A stretch of DNA of 64,000 nucleotides from Dictyoglomus sp. Its GTDB lineage: Bacteria > Dictyoglomota > Dictyoglomia > Dictyoglomales > Dictyoglomaceae. Position numbers and translations under genes: made by a program. The notes under the pieces are model-generated. The model did not search any database, was not told the origin of the DNA, and saw only the letters and a program-made list of their open reading frames with translations. The stretch is taken from assembly GCA_025060475.1 (NCBI GenBank), contig JANXBZ010000009.1, forward strand, positions 31,406 to 95,405, written 5' to 3'. Of this stretch, positions 7,729-16,993 are shown in pieces (position 1 is the first letter of the stretch; each line of letters opens with the position of its first letter).

Positions 7729-10533
7729 TTAAAATTGTCCTGTAGATAAATACATATAGAATCTTCCAGTTTCTTTAGGATTTTCTGTTCCAAGATAAAC
7801 AGGAAAAGCATATCCTATAACAAAAGAGAGGGGAATATCAAAAAATGTTGTAAAATTATAGGAATTTTCTATTCCTAATCCAATTTTTAATCCCTTATAA
7901 TCTATTTTCTCATTTTTGTTCCATACTCCTCCAATTTCTGTAAATACATTTAAATGAATATCTCTTAGAATAAATAAGTTAAAAAATTTAGTTTCCTGAT
8001 CCCTTAATAAGGGAATATTCCAGTTAATATTTAAAGACCATTTAAAGTCTCCTTCATAATCATCTATCAAAGATTTCCAATCCTTTAGGTTAAATCTTTC
8101 ATATTTATTTATAAAACCAGAGGGATCTTTTTCTATTGATATATAACCTGTTGTATTATTAATAGTTAAATAACTATGAGGAAAAACAAGGAAATATTTT
8201 AATAAATTCCAAGAGAGCTTATAAAATCTTTCCGATTGAAAAGGTAAAGAGGAACGGAAATTTAAAGTGTTAATCATTGCAAGACTATAGAGATCTTTTA
8301 ATCTTGTTAGATTTAGATCAAAATATGAATAAAGGTCATATCCCAATGTTAAATTTAATCTATAGGAAGGCTGCCATAAGTTTCCACTTATTCCTAAAGA
8401 AAATTTCTCCCAAAAGCTTTTACTTAGAGTAAATAAACCTGCATAATAATCAGGTTGAATAAATAAAAGGGCAAAACCAAAATAATCATCCCTTGGTAGA
8501 TATCTTATAAATTGAAAGATAGTTCCTGGATGGTAATATCCATAAATATCCTGAAAATATAATCCTTCAAGACTCCACCAGTGATTTATAGGATCATATC
8601 CTTCTATTTTATAAGAAAGATTGGTTATCTGTCCTGTAGAAAGATCAATAGAAAAAGAGGGATAAAGATCATAATAAATGACATAGGCGTCAAGAGGTCT
8701 TTTTATTTTTGAAGTATAAATTACCTTTCTTGGTAAGGAATTATTTAATCGGTTAATATCTGGAATCATAGAATCAGGATCCAATTCTACCCTTATTACC
8801 TTATCCTTTGTCTGAAAATCTAAGTATATTTCTTTCTCTTTTCCATCATAAATTCTTCTTAATTTTTCTCCCTTTGTGGTCTCTAATAAAATTTCTACAG
8901 GCAATATTCCATTCCCTTCTCTTTTTAAATGGACCCTTGTAATCCAATTTTCTCCAAATTTGAAACTTTCAAAGTTTAATACTTGCCAATCTATAGTTGC
9001 AGTGGAATAAAACCATGTATTAAAGAAGTCGGTAAAGTCCCTTCCTGTTATTTTATTGATAAGATTTTTAAAATCTTCAGTACTTGCAAATTTATCATTA
9101 TATTCTTCATAAAAAGCTCTTAAAAATTCATTAAATTTTTCTTCCCCAATCATAAAAGCTAAACTTCTTAATAATAAATAGGCTTTGTTATATACTTTAT
9201 TTGTATATCCATTATAATTACTGTTCCAATAATCTTTAACAATGGGCTCATCCCATCCATCCCTTATATATGTTAAATAGGGATATTCCACCTGTGATTC
9301 CCTTAAATTCCATTCTCCCACTAAATAATCTTTTAAATAGTTTAGAAAATAATCCTCTCCTAAATCAGGGAAAAGATTTCCACCTTTTGAGCCATATTTT
9401 TTCTCAAAATAATATATAGAAGAATATTGTGACAGAGCTTCGCTTATCCAATTTTCCCAGTCAAAATCTGCTCCTACTCCTATGCCCCACCATAGATGGG
9501 CAATTTCATGAGCAAGAAGCCACTCATTTATTCTTTCTAAAAGAAAGGGAGAGAAAAGATCTGATGAGTAAAAAACACTATTTCCAAGAAGGATAAAATT
9601 ATCCGCAGTCATTCCCCAAAAACCTTCTATTTGTCCTTCCACAATAACTATTCTTTTGTGTTTTGATGGTCCATATAAAGATTGATAATAAGCTAAAATC
9701 TCTTGGGCAAGACTTGCTAAAATTCTTGCTTTATATTCTCTTCCCTGATAAAAATAAAGGGATATCTCGGGTGTAGTTTGTATTATTGGTTTGTAAACAA
9801 GATATTTTTTACTTAAAGCAATAGGTAGAGATCTTTTAGGATTATAATTTTTTCCAATAACCTTTTTCCAGTTTTCATTTACGATTTCTTCTTTTTGTTC
9901 GTCTACTCCTAAAGCAACTACATAATCCTTTGGAACCATTAATTCTATATTAAAATTACAAAGGGTTAATCTTCCTCCTTTATCCCATTCTCCCTTTATA
10001 AAATGTAGTTCTTGAGGAAACCATCCAAATCTCCATATAAAGGAATCTTTAGCATAGGACATATCTCCCATATATGCTTTAGGGAATTTTGTGGAGAATA
10101 AGATTTTTAAATAAAAGGATCCTTTCGGAGAAAGGGGTTCTGGTAGAATAACTCTTAAATAATTATCTTCTAAAGAATAATTGGTAAATAAAATTTTTCC
10201 CTTTTCTAAAGTATAATTTAATCTATTTCCTTTCTTGTCAAAAATATTTCTTATTTCAGTATATGCTGGATCAAAACCATTAATATAATAGGAATCTTCT
10301 ACAACAGGATGAAGATAGGGATTATCCTTCTTACCAAGATTAGCAGGAAGATAAAAATAAATTTCTGAAATATTCTCATTGGTATTATTAATGTAATTTA
10401 TTTCCACATATCCATTGATTTTTAAATTTTTTGGGTCTAATTGGACAAAAAGATTGTACGTAGAAAAACTTTCCATGGCATAAGTTGTGGAGAAAAGGAA
10501 AAGAATTAAGAAATATATGAAAAATTTTCTCAT
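7729..10533 (-). CDS. Secreted M1-family zinc metallopeptidase fused to a C-terminal Omp85/surface-antigen-like beta-barrel
   Basis: Signal peptide MRKFFIYFLILFLFSTTYA with GGAGG 7 nt upstream of ATG 10533. HEIAHLWWG-x18-E (WISEALS) is the M1 gluzincin motif. The last ~330 aa are aromatic-rich with alternating residues and end ...FTEIGGVWNK...GLKIGLGIEN...RFYMYLSTGQF with a terminal Phe, as in Omp85 barrels. Confidence 0.75.
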   Translation of the reverse strand: MRKFFIYFLILFLFSTTYAMESFSTYNLFVQLDPKNLKINGYVEINYINNTNENISEIYFYLPANLGKKDNPYLHPVVEDSYYINGFDPAYTEIRNIFDKKGNRLNYTLEKGKILFTNYSLEDNYLRVILPEPLSPKGSFYLKILFSTKFPKAYMGDMSYAKDSFIWRFGWFPQELHFIKGEWDKGGRLTLCNFNIELMVPKDYVVALGVDEQKEEIVNENWKKVIGKNYNPKRSLPIALSKKYLVYKPIIQTTPEISLYFYQGREYKARILASLAQEILAYYQSLYGPSKHKRIVIVEGQIEGFWGMTADNFILLGNSVFYSSDLFSPFLLERINEWLLAHEIAHLWWGIGVGADFDWENWISEALSQYSSIYYFEKKYGSKGGNLFPDLGEDYFLNYLKDYLVGEWNLRESQVEYPYLTYIRDGWDEPIVKDYWNSNYNGYTNKVYNKAYLLLRSLAFMIGEEKFNEFLRAFYEEYNDKFASTEDFKNLINKITGRDFTDFFNTWFYSTATIDWQVLNFESFKFGENWITRVHLKREGNGILPVEILLETTKGEKLRRIYDGKEKEIYLDFQTKDKVIRVELDPDSMIPDINRLNNSLPRKVIYTSKIKRPLDAYVIYYDLYPSFSIDLSTGQITNLSYKIEGYDPINHWWSLEGLYFQDIYGYYHPGTIFQFIRYLPRDDYFGFALLFIQPDYYAGLFTLSKSFWEKFSLGISGNLWQPSYRLNLTLGYDLYSYFDLNLTRLKDLYSLAMINTLNFRSSLPFQSERFYKLSWNLLKYFLVFPHSYLTINNTTGYISIEKDPSGFINKYERFNLKDWKSLIDDYEGDFKWSLNINWNIPLLRDQETKFFNLFILRDIHLNVFTEIGGVWNKNEKIDYKGLKIGLGIENSYNFTTFFDIPLSFVIGYAFPVYLGTENPKETGRFYMYLSTGQF

Positions 10534-10858
10534 TTTTCTACCTCCAAAGCTAAAAATCAAAAATTCTTTTAAATACTTATATAAATTATACATCAGAATT
10601 ATTTCTTTTGTTGATATTCTTTTTAATTAATGTTAAATTACTTGTTGTTCCACCTTTTAAAAATCCTCCTGCTGTTTCCTCAGAAATTTTTAATTATTAT
10701 CATAATGTTGGGGATATTTCCTCCCTTGGAAATGAAGGATGCGTAGGCTATTTAGAAGTAAAAAGAGACCTTAAAATACTCAAGAAGCTTTTATTCCTAT
10801 GTTAGGAGCTGGTATTATCTGTCTTGCTCCTGCTACTCCTGATAAATCCTCTCCAGCA

Positions 10859-11086
10859 TTAGATTCCATAGAGGCTTTTTGGATAGATGGAAGTGCTTCC
10901 TTCTTTCTTAATGAAGGAGTTTGGCACTGGCTTCCCTTTCCCATAACCTCTTTCACCAACTAAAGCATGAACCTCTCCTGCTCTTAATTCAAATTTCGCT
11001 CCTCTTAAGGCATGGACACCGGGAAAACTTTTCTCGATTCCCTCCATTACAATCAAAAACTCTCTGTCTATATTTCCACCTCCCAA
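10859..11086 (-). pseudogene. Remnant of a sugar ABC transporter ATPase (RbsA/MglA-like N-terminus only)
   Basis: [35 protein letters not shown] matches the N-terminus of sugar-import ATPases. The Walker A region is then replaced by out-of-frame text (RGYGKGKP...) and the gene ends after 75 codons. Confidence 0.65.
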
Positions 11087-11095
11087 TAAGTCCCC

Positions 11096-12720
11096 TTATA
11101 TTTTTTTATAAATAGGTCCAAGGGTTTTACAGGCTCTAAAATCTGCTCCTTCCAGATCTTCAGTTCCAAACATACTCCAGGCGCTAGGTCTAAATATTCT
11201 TTCCTCTTCTACATTGTGCATGGAAATGGGTATTCTTAATATGGATGCTAAGGTTATAAATAAATCTCCTACATGTCCATAGGTTATGGCACAATGATTA
11301 GCTCCCCAGTTCTCCATTACGGAATAAACATTCCTAAAGGCACCTTTTCCTGTAAGTTTTGGGACAAACCAAGTGGTGGGCCAAGTGGGGTTAGTCCTTC
11401 TATCGAGAATTTCATGCACTTCTTTAGGCAGATCCACAGTGTATCCCTCTGCGATTTGTAAAACGGGACCTAATCCCTTTACAATATTTAATCTTGAGAT
11501 TGTTACAGGCATTCCTCCTCTCGTTAGAAACTTTGTAGAGAATCCACCACCTCTAAAATAGCCTAAATCCGCATAGCAAAATCTTGTTGCATTGAGGCAT
11601 CTTATTACTTCATCCTCTGTAATCTCCCAGAAAGGCTTAATAGCAGGTTTTCCATCAATCTCTTGTTCTCCTGTCCCATCAAGGGCTGCAGGACCTGAAT
11701 TTATTAAATGAATTACTCCATCTTGAGCAAGACCTTCTGGTTTCCAGCCTGAAACTCTTTGAATTGCAGAAGGACTCCAATAGGTTCTAACATCTGCAAA
11801 AATCTGTGCAGTATTTGTTAGAAGATGTCCAAAGAGCATACATACACCATTTAAACTATCATTTTCTGTAGCCAAAATATAAGGTTGTCTTAGGCCGTTC
11901 CAATCAAAGGAAGAATTTAATATGGCTTCCATGAAATCTCCATTAGGGAAATAATCGGTCCATTGGCGCTGTCCCTGGAATCCAGCAACTATTGCATTAT
12001 GTCCCAAACTTTCCTCAGGGTAGCCTATTTCTTCAAGTTTCTTGTTTCCCACCATTAAATCCCTTGTTATCAAAGCCATCTTAACCACAAATTCCCATAC
12101 TTCATTTTTCTTCTTCTCATCTACTCTTTTTTCAGGTGGATTAGGATCTTCTCCTTCTTTACAATAAGTTTTCACCCAAGTTAAGGCCTTTCTAAATTCC
12201 TCTTGGTCATAGATCTTCTCTTCAATACGCCTTATTATTTCTGTCATATCCACATATTCTACTCTCATTCCTAAGTAATCCTCAAAAAAGTCAGGATCCA
12301 CTATAGATCCCGCTATTCCCATGGAGACACTACCAATAGCAAGATAGGACTTGTTTTTCATTATGGAAACTGCTAATCCACTTCTTACAAACCTCAATAT
12401 TTTTTCTTGAACATCAGGGGGAATAGAAAAATCATCCTTATCTTGTACATCCTTCCCATATATTTTAAAAACGGGTAAACCTTTCTGATTATGAGCTGCA
12501 GAAACGGCAGCAAGATAAACTGCACCAGGTCTTTCTGTTCCATTAAATCCCCATACTGCCTTTGGTATATCCAAGGTCATATCCATAGTTTCGGAGCCAT
12601 AGCACCAACAAGGAGTCACAGTAAGGGATACTCCAAAAAAGATTTTTCTAATCTCATGGTTTGTTCTTCAAGGGATTCTCTCATTCCTCCATATCTTCCA
12701 TCAATGGTAGGACGTATCAT
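11096..12720 (-). pseudogene. fucI: L-fucose isomerase, disrupted (N-terminal internal deletion plus frameshift)
   Basis: The 507-aa frame is collinear with E. coli FucI from [10 protein letters not shown]...[15 protein letters not shown] through [25 protein letters not shown] and NWGANH to the C-terminus. It begins at an internal GTG. The true N-terminus ([25 protein letters not shown] 12720) is in another frame and hits a stop. About 45 codons between EEQTM and VTPCWC are missing. Confidence 0.8.
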
Positions 12721-12729
12721 ATATCTTAT

Positions 12730-13246
12730 CCTTATTCTCGATTCTTCTTATTAATAGTTCTTTCGCAAGAACTCCCATGGTATATGCAGGCTGTTTAACC
12801 ACTGTAAGAAAAGGAAACAAGGGATATATCTTCAGGAATAGAAAGGCCCATTTCTCTAATTGCAAGAATGGCTCCTATGGCCATAAGATTATTTCCTCCA
12901 AAGATTGCGTGGGAGGATATTTCATGTTAAGAAGTTCCTTGGTTAATCTATATCCGTCCTCCTTCAACCCTATCTACAGCAGTGGATATGGATTTACTTC
13001 CAACAATCAAAGGAATATTTTTCATAAAAAGGGATTTTAACGGAGCTTTCTTTTCTGAGGTAGAAGTAAAAATTACTCCATCTCTAGATTTTCAATTGCA
13101 GTGTCTTCAACTCCTCTAGTTGCAGTTTTCTTTAGAGTCAAGCTTCGGGCTATAGAATTTGGAACATAACCTATCCCATTTATAACCCGAGAGACTGTCA
13201 TTATGGAAACACCAGCTTTTCTGGCAACATCTTTAATAGTAACCAT
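12730..13246 (-). pseudogene. LacI-family regulator, heavily decayed
   Basis: Intact [39 protein letters not shown] from ATG 13246, then a stop. Downstream pieces sit in different frames ([32 protein letters not shown]). The whole gene is compressed to about 515 bp versus about 1 kb for an intact LacI. Confidence 0.75.
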
Positions 13247-13333
13247 AATCCCTTTTAAAATTTATTTTTAATGTTAAAGTTAAAGATATAAATAGTGAAG
13301 AATTTCTGATATAAAATATTGAGAAGGTTTAAT

Positions 13334-14230
13334 ATGAAAAAAATACCTGTTATTCTAGATACTGATATAGGGACGGATATAGATGATACTTGGGCTTTAG
13401 TGATGCTCCTTAATTCTCCTGAACTTGATGTAAAACTTATCACCACTGTAAGTGGAGATACCTATTATCGGGCAAAAATTGTAGCAAAATTCTTAGAGAT
13501 TGCGGAAAGAACAGATATTCCCATCGGAATAGGAATGGGAAATCCGAAAGATTCTTTAAATTTTCAAGAACCTTGGATTAAAGATTTTGATTTAGATAGA
13601 TATAAAGGAAAATTATATGATGGAGTAGATGCTATAGTAGATACCATAAAAAACTCTAAAGAACCTGTAACTATAATCTCTATAGGGATAGCTACAAATA
13701 TTGCAAAAGCTTTAGAAATAAGTCCAGATATTGTTAAAAAATCGAGGTTTGTAGGAATGCATGGAAGTATCTATAAAGGATATGGAGGAAAAGAAGGAAG
13801 AGAGCCTGAAGCCAATGTTAGATATGATGTGCCATCAATAAGAAAAGTATTTTCCTCAAATTTCTTAGATAAAATAATAACTCCTCTTGATACCTGTGGA
13901 ATTGTAAAGTTAGAGGGAGAAAGATATGAAAAGATCTTGAACTCGGAAAATCCTCTTTTAAAAGCTCTTATTGAGAATTATAAAATTTGGTCAGAGCTTG
14001 TTCCATGGACAAAGGTAGATTATCAAATAGAGTCATCTACTCTATTTGATACTGTAGCTATTTATTTAGCATATTCTCAAAATTTTCTTGAGATAGAACC
14101 TATTAAATTAAAAATTACAGATGAAGGATTAACTGTACCTGACGAAGATGGAGAAGAGATAGAAGTTGCTATAAGATGGAAGAATTATGAAGCTTTTTTA
14201 AATCATTTGATAGAAAGATTAAAACCATAA
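13334..14230 (+). CDS. Nucleoside hydrolase (IUNH family)
   Basis: N-terminal fingerprint VILDTDIGTDIDDTWAL (DxDxxxDD). ATG 13334 preferred over the TTG at 13319 (GAGAAGG upstream). Confidence 0.85.
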   Translation: MKKIPVILDTDIGTDIDDTWALVMLLNSPELDVKLITTVSGDTYYRAKIVAKFLEIAERTDIPIGIGMGNPKDSLNFQEPWIKDFDLDRYKGKLYDGVDAIVDTIKNSKEPVTIISIGIATNIAKALEISPDIVKKSRFVGMHGSIYKGYGGKEGREPEANVRYDVPSIRKVFSSNFLDKIITPLDTCGIVKLEGERYEKILNSENPLLKALIENYKIWSELVPWTKVDYQIESSTLFDTVAIYLAYSQNFLEIEPIKLKITDEGLTVPDEDGEEIEVAIRWKNYEAFLNHLIERLKP

Positions 14231-14355
14231 ATTTAAAAATTTTTTTACTTTTGTAACTTTTATTATTTTGAAACAATTTAAAAGTATAAGTAAATTGTAT
14301 TAAAATAAGCTTGAAATATTATTTAAGAACTTCTTAAATTTAAGATTGGTAAAGT

Positions 14356-15282
14356 TTAAATAAATCTTCTATATGCAGTCCATTTTATATACTTTTTGCA
14401 AATAATGTATAAAATACAATTATTACAATTTGGTTCTATATCTAAGCAGTATCCATTGGAATATATAAAAAACGCTCCATTATCAACATAAAAAGGGATT
14501 TTTTTATATATAAAAACAAGATTTTCAATTTTACTCCTCATTTTTGAAGCTTCTATTATATATGGTCTTTTACTTTCATAAAATACTTCATCTAATAAAC
14601 CAGTTCTACAAAATATTTTCCCCACATGACCATCTACAATCATAAAACTATCATAAAGATTAATTTGAGATATATTCCAAATATTTTTACATAAAAATAA
14701 AATCCAATTTATATACATTCTGCATGCCTTAGGATCATTTCCTACCCATCCTATACTTAGAATTTCATGCTTTTTTAATTTATCAAAAAGCTTTCGGGGA
14801 CTTTTGTTTATTAATTCATTAATCATAAAATCCTTAAAAGTTATATTATTTTTCTCTAACCATTTTATAAATCCTTCATATGCTTTAAATCTATAAGTAA
14901 AAAGAGAGATAGGCTTAATACCACCTAAGAAGCCCACTCTGTATAACTTCGATCCTCTTTCCCCACATATTTTTTTAAAAACCTTAACTATATCTAATTC
15001 AGATATTACATATGGTTTAAAGAGAAGTAAGTCATTGAATTCTTTATACAATTCAGTAATCAAAGCTCTTACAATATCTATTTGGGCTTGTTGATTTATT
15101 AAAACTCTTAATAAAAGATATCTTAATGTTTTCTCTTTGTCATTTATAATTTTATCATTGTCTAATACTGCTAAATGTTTTTTCCAATAAATCAACCATT
15201 GATTTTCTCCATATTCTTCCAATAAATCAAGAATTTTTAAAATATCCTCATCTGATAATTTTTTTTGTTTTTCCTTTGCCAT
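14356..15282 (-). CDS. Endonuclease III-like HhH-GPD superfamily protein with a C-terminal [4Fe-4S] cluster loop, MTase-linked
   Basis: LLLRVLINQQAQ (Nth-like helix). HhH-like ILSIGWVGNDPKACRMY with Lys at the Nth Schiff-base position. VDGHVGKIFCRTGL (cf. VDTHIFRV..R.G, catalytic Asp). CLDIEPNCNNCILYIIC = C-x6-C-x2-C-x5-C. Overlaps the upstream MTase gene by 35 nt. Confidence 0.7.
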   Translation of the reverse strand: MAKEKQKKLSDEDILKILDLLEEYGENQWLIYWKKHLAVLDNDKIINDKEKTLRYLLLRVLINQQAQIDIVRALITELYKEFNDLLLFKPYVISELDIVKVFKKICGERGSKLYRVGFLGGIKPISLFTYRFKAYEGFIKWLEKNNITFKDFMINELINKSPRKLFDKLKKHEILSIGWVGNDPKACRMYINWILFLCKNIWNISQINLYDSFMIVDGHVGKIFCRTGLLDEVFYESKRPYIIEASKMRSKIENLVFIYKKIPFYVDNGAFFIYSNGYCLDIEPNCNNCILYIICKKYIKWTAYRRFI

Positions 15283-16180
15283 TATTTTTTAATAATTTAT
15301 TAACCTTATTAGAAAGCCAACTTCTTAATTGCTTGGCATCTTCTCTAATTATTATTTCAATCTCATAATTCTTTTCGAATAAACAATTTTTATTAATTCC
15401 AAGCTTTTCTTTTACAATATTTACAAGTTCTTTATCAATATCATATCCCACACTATTTCTACCTAACATTAATGATATCTTGTTGGTTGTTCCCGATCCC
15501 ATAAAGGGATCTAACACAGTTTCTCCAACATATGAAAAAAGTTTAATTAATCTATAAGGGAGTTCTTCTGGAAATGCAGCTATACCTTCTTCAAGCCGAT
15601 TATTTGTAGGTAAAACATTTGTGATATTCCACACATTTAAATACCACTTATTTTCAAGATATTCTTTCACATCAATTTTAGATGCTTCTTTAATAATTTC
15701 TGGAATAGAACTATAATTAAACTTTTTTCCCTTTTGAAATATTAAAATACTTTCCTGAAGATTATCTGGATAAAAATACATGGGATATGGATGTTGTAAG
15801 AGAACTCCACTTCTTCTACTTATTCTGACATAACCCTCTGGTTTGAGCCATATAATTTTATCTCTATAGATAAATCCTTCTTCCAAAAAAATTTGTGTTA
15901 AGTCCGAAACTACAGGATATTTTTCACTATTTATTAAAATATCATCACAAACTAAACATACAATCCTTCCATTAATTAATACTCTCTTTATTTCTTTTAC
16001 GACCTTTTTCATTTTATGTAAATATTCATCATAACTTGAAAAAAGATCAGGATAATCAAAAGGAGCATTATAATAAGGAGGACTAGTTACGACTAAGTGA
16101 ATACTTTCATCCTTTAATTCATACATATTCTCTGCATCACCAAATATTAATAGATGATGAGTTCTATGATTACTAAACAT
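15248..16180 (-). CDS. Beta-class amino DNA methyltransferase (N4-cytosine or N6-adenine)
   Basis: Motif IV VVTSPPYYNAPFDY near the N-terminus and motif I VLDPFMGSGTT near residue 228. The IV-then-I order is beta class (DNA methylase N-4/N-6 family). Confidence 0.85.
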   Translation of the reverse strand: MFSNHRTHHLLIFGDAENMYELKDESIHLVVTSPPYYNAPFDYPDLFSSYDEYLHKMKKVVKEIKRVLINGRIVCLVCDDILINSEKYPVVSDLTQIFLEEGFIYRDKIIWLKPEGYVRISRRSGVLLQHPYPMYFYPDNLQESILIFQKGKKFNYSSIPEIIKEASKIDVKEYLENKWYLNVWNITNVLPTNNRLEEGIAAFPEELPYRLIKLFSYVGETVLDPFMGSGTTNKISLMLGRNSVGYDIDKELVNIVKEKLGINKNCLFEKNYEIEIIIREDAKQLRSWLSNKVNKLLKNNGKGKTKKIIR

Positions 16181-16421
16181 AAATATATTTTCTCCTAAAA
16201 TTTTTATATATCTGATACAATATTATATCACAATGATAACCTTGCATTAATTTATAATATTCTTTCTTAGCTGTAATAAATGTTTATCAAAGGAATATCC
16301 ATATTAGAGAAAATATTTAAAGATAATAAAATATCGCAACATTATAGATGGCACTTGATATGGACATAGGTGCCAATTTTAAGAAATATAGATAAATTCC
16401 TACATAAGTATCACAGGAAAC

Positions 16422-16655
16422 TCAAGAATATGAGGATGAACTAAGAAATTTTCCATTCATGCCAATCCCAAAGCTTGGTCTTGCTAAATTCCATGTATCT
16501 TGCCATCTTTGAGCTTTCTCTAAGAATTCTTCCTTTCCTAAGCAAAATTCCTCCCCATTATCTATCCTTATCTCTATTTTATGTCTGATATTATAAGTTC
16601 TAAACCATAGAATGTGATATAAATCTTGTTCTTTTTTCACATCATAATATTCCAT
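16422..16655 (-). mobile_element. Remnant of an rve-type DDE transposase/integrase (C-terminal fragment)
   Basis: IEIRIDNGEEF resembles the DNGxEF block carrying the third catalytic acid. WQDTWNLARPSFGIGMNGKF resembles the W..YN..RPH..LGG.TP tail. Only 77 codons, no N-terminal part and no inverted repeats seen. Confidence 0.4.
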
Positions 16656-16806
16656 TAAAAAGAGGAAGGGAATTTTTATCCAAGAGATTGTTTAGTATAA
16701 AGCTGATTTCCAGTTATTTCTTTTCAGAATAGTTTTGATAGTATTTTTAGAGAGATAGGAGGAGTTTAATTAAGAAAGGAAAGGTTCAATTACTTAATTA
16801 TATCAA

Positions 16807-16840
16807 GGATTGAGAGGGCAGCCTCAATCCTTTCTATTTT
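16807..16840 (+). terminator. Orphan terminator-like hairpin GGATTGAG-(8 nt)-CTCAATCC followed by TTTCTATTTT
   Basis: 8-bp perfect stem seen directly, with a T-rich tail. No intact + strand gene lies upstream, so it is probably a relic. Confidence 0.35.
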
Positions 16841-16993
16841 CTTTCCCTCTTCTTTCTCTCTTCCTTCTCTATTCCCTCTACTATTACTATACTGGTACCT
16901 ATCTACTAATCAGCTTAGAATAAATTGACAAGTCTTTAATTATTACCTAAACTAAGTTTTAGTATGAAACTTATTCCTGGATAGGAGGAAAGA

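Noticed and set aside
12491-13040. Plus-strand ORFs 12491-12754 and 12777-13040 (87 aa each), and 10608-10805 and 10921-11115.
   Set aside because: They lie antisense to the fucI, LacI and ABC remnants or in junk spacer. Their translations are Cys/Ser-rich nonsense without start context.
15259-15266. A AAA AAA in the MTase/HhH overlap as a programmed -1 ribosomal frameshift site.
   Set aside because: The HhH-GPD frame is +1 relative to the MTase frame, so a -1 slip lands in the third frame rather than the partner frame. No downstream stimulatory structure was seen. Only the DNA-level one-nt deletion scenario is kept, as a low-interest finding.
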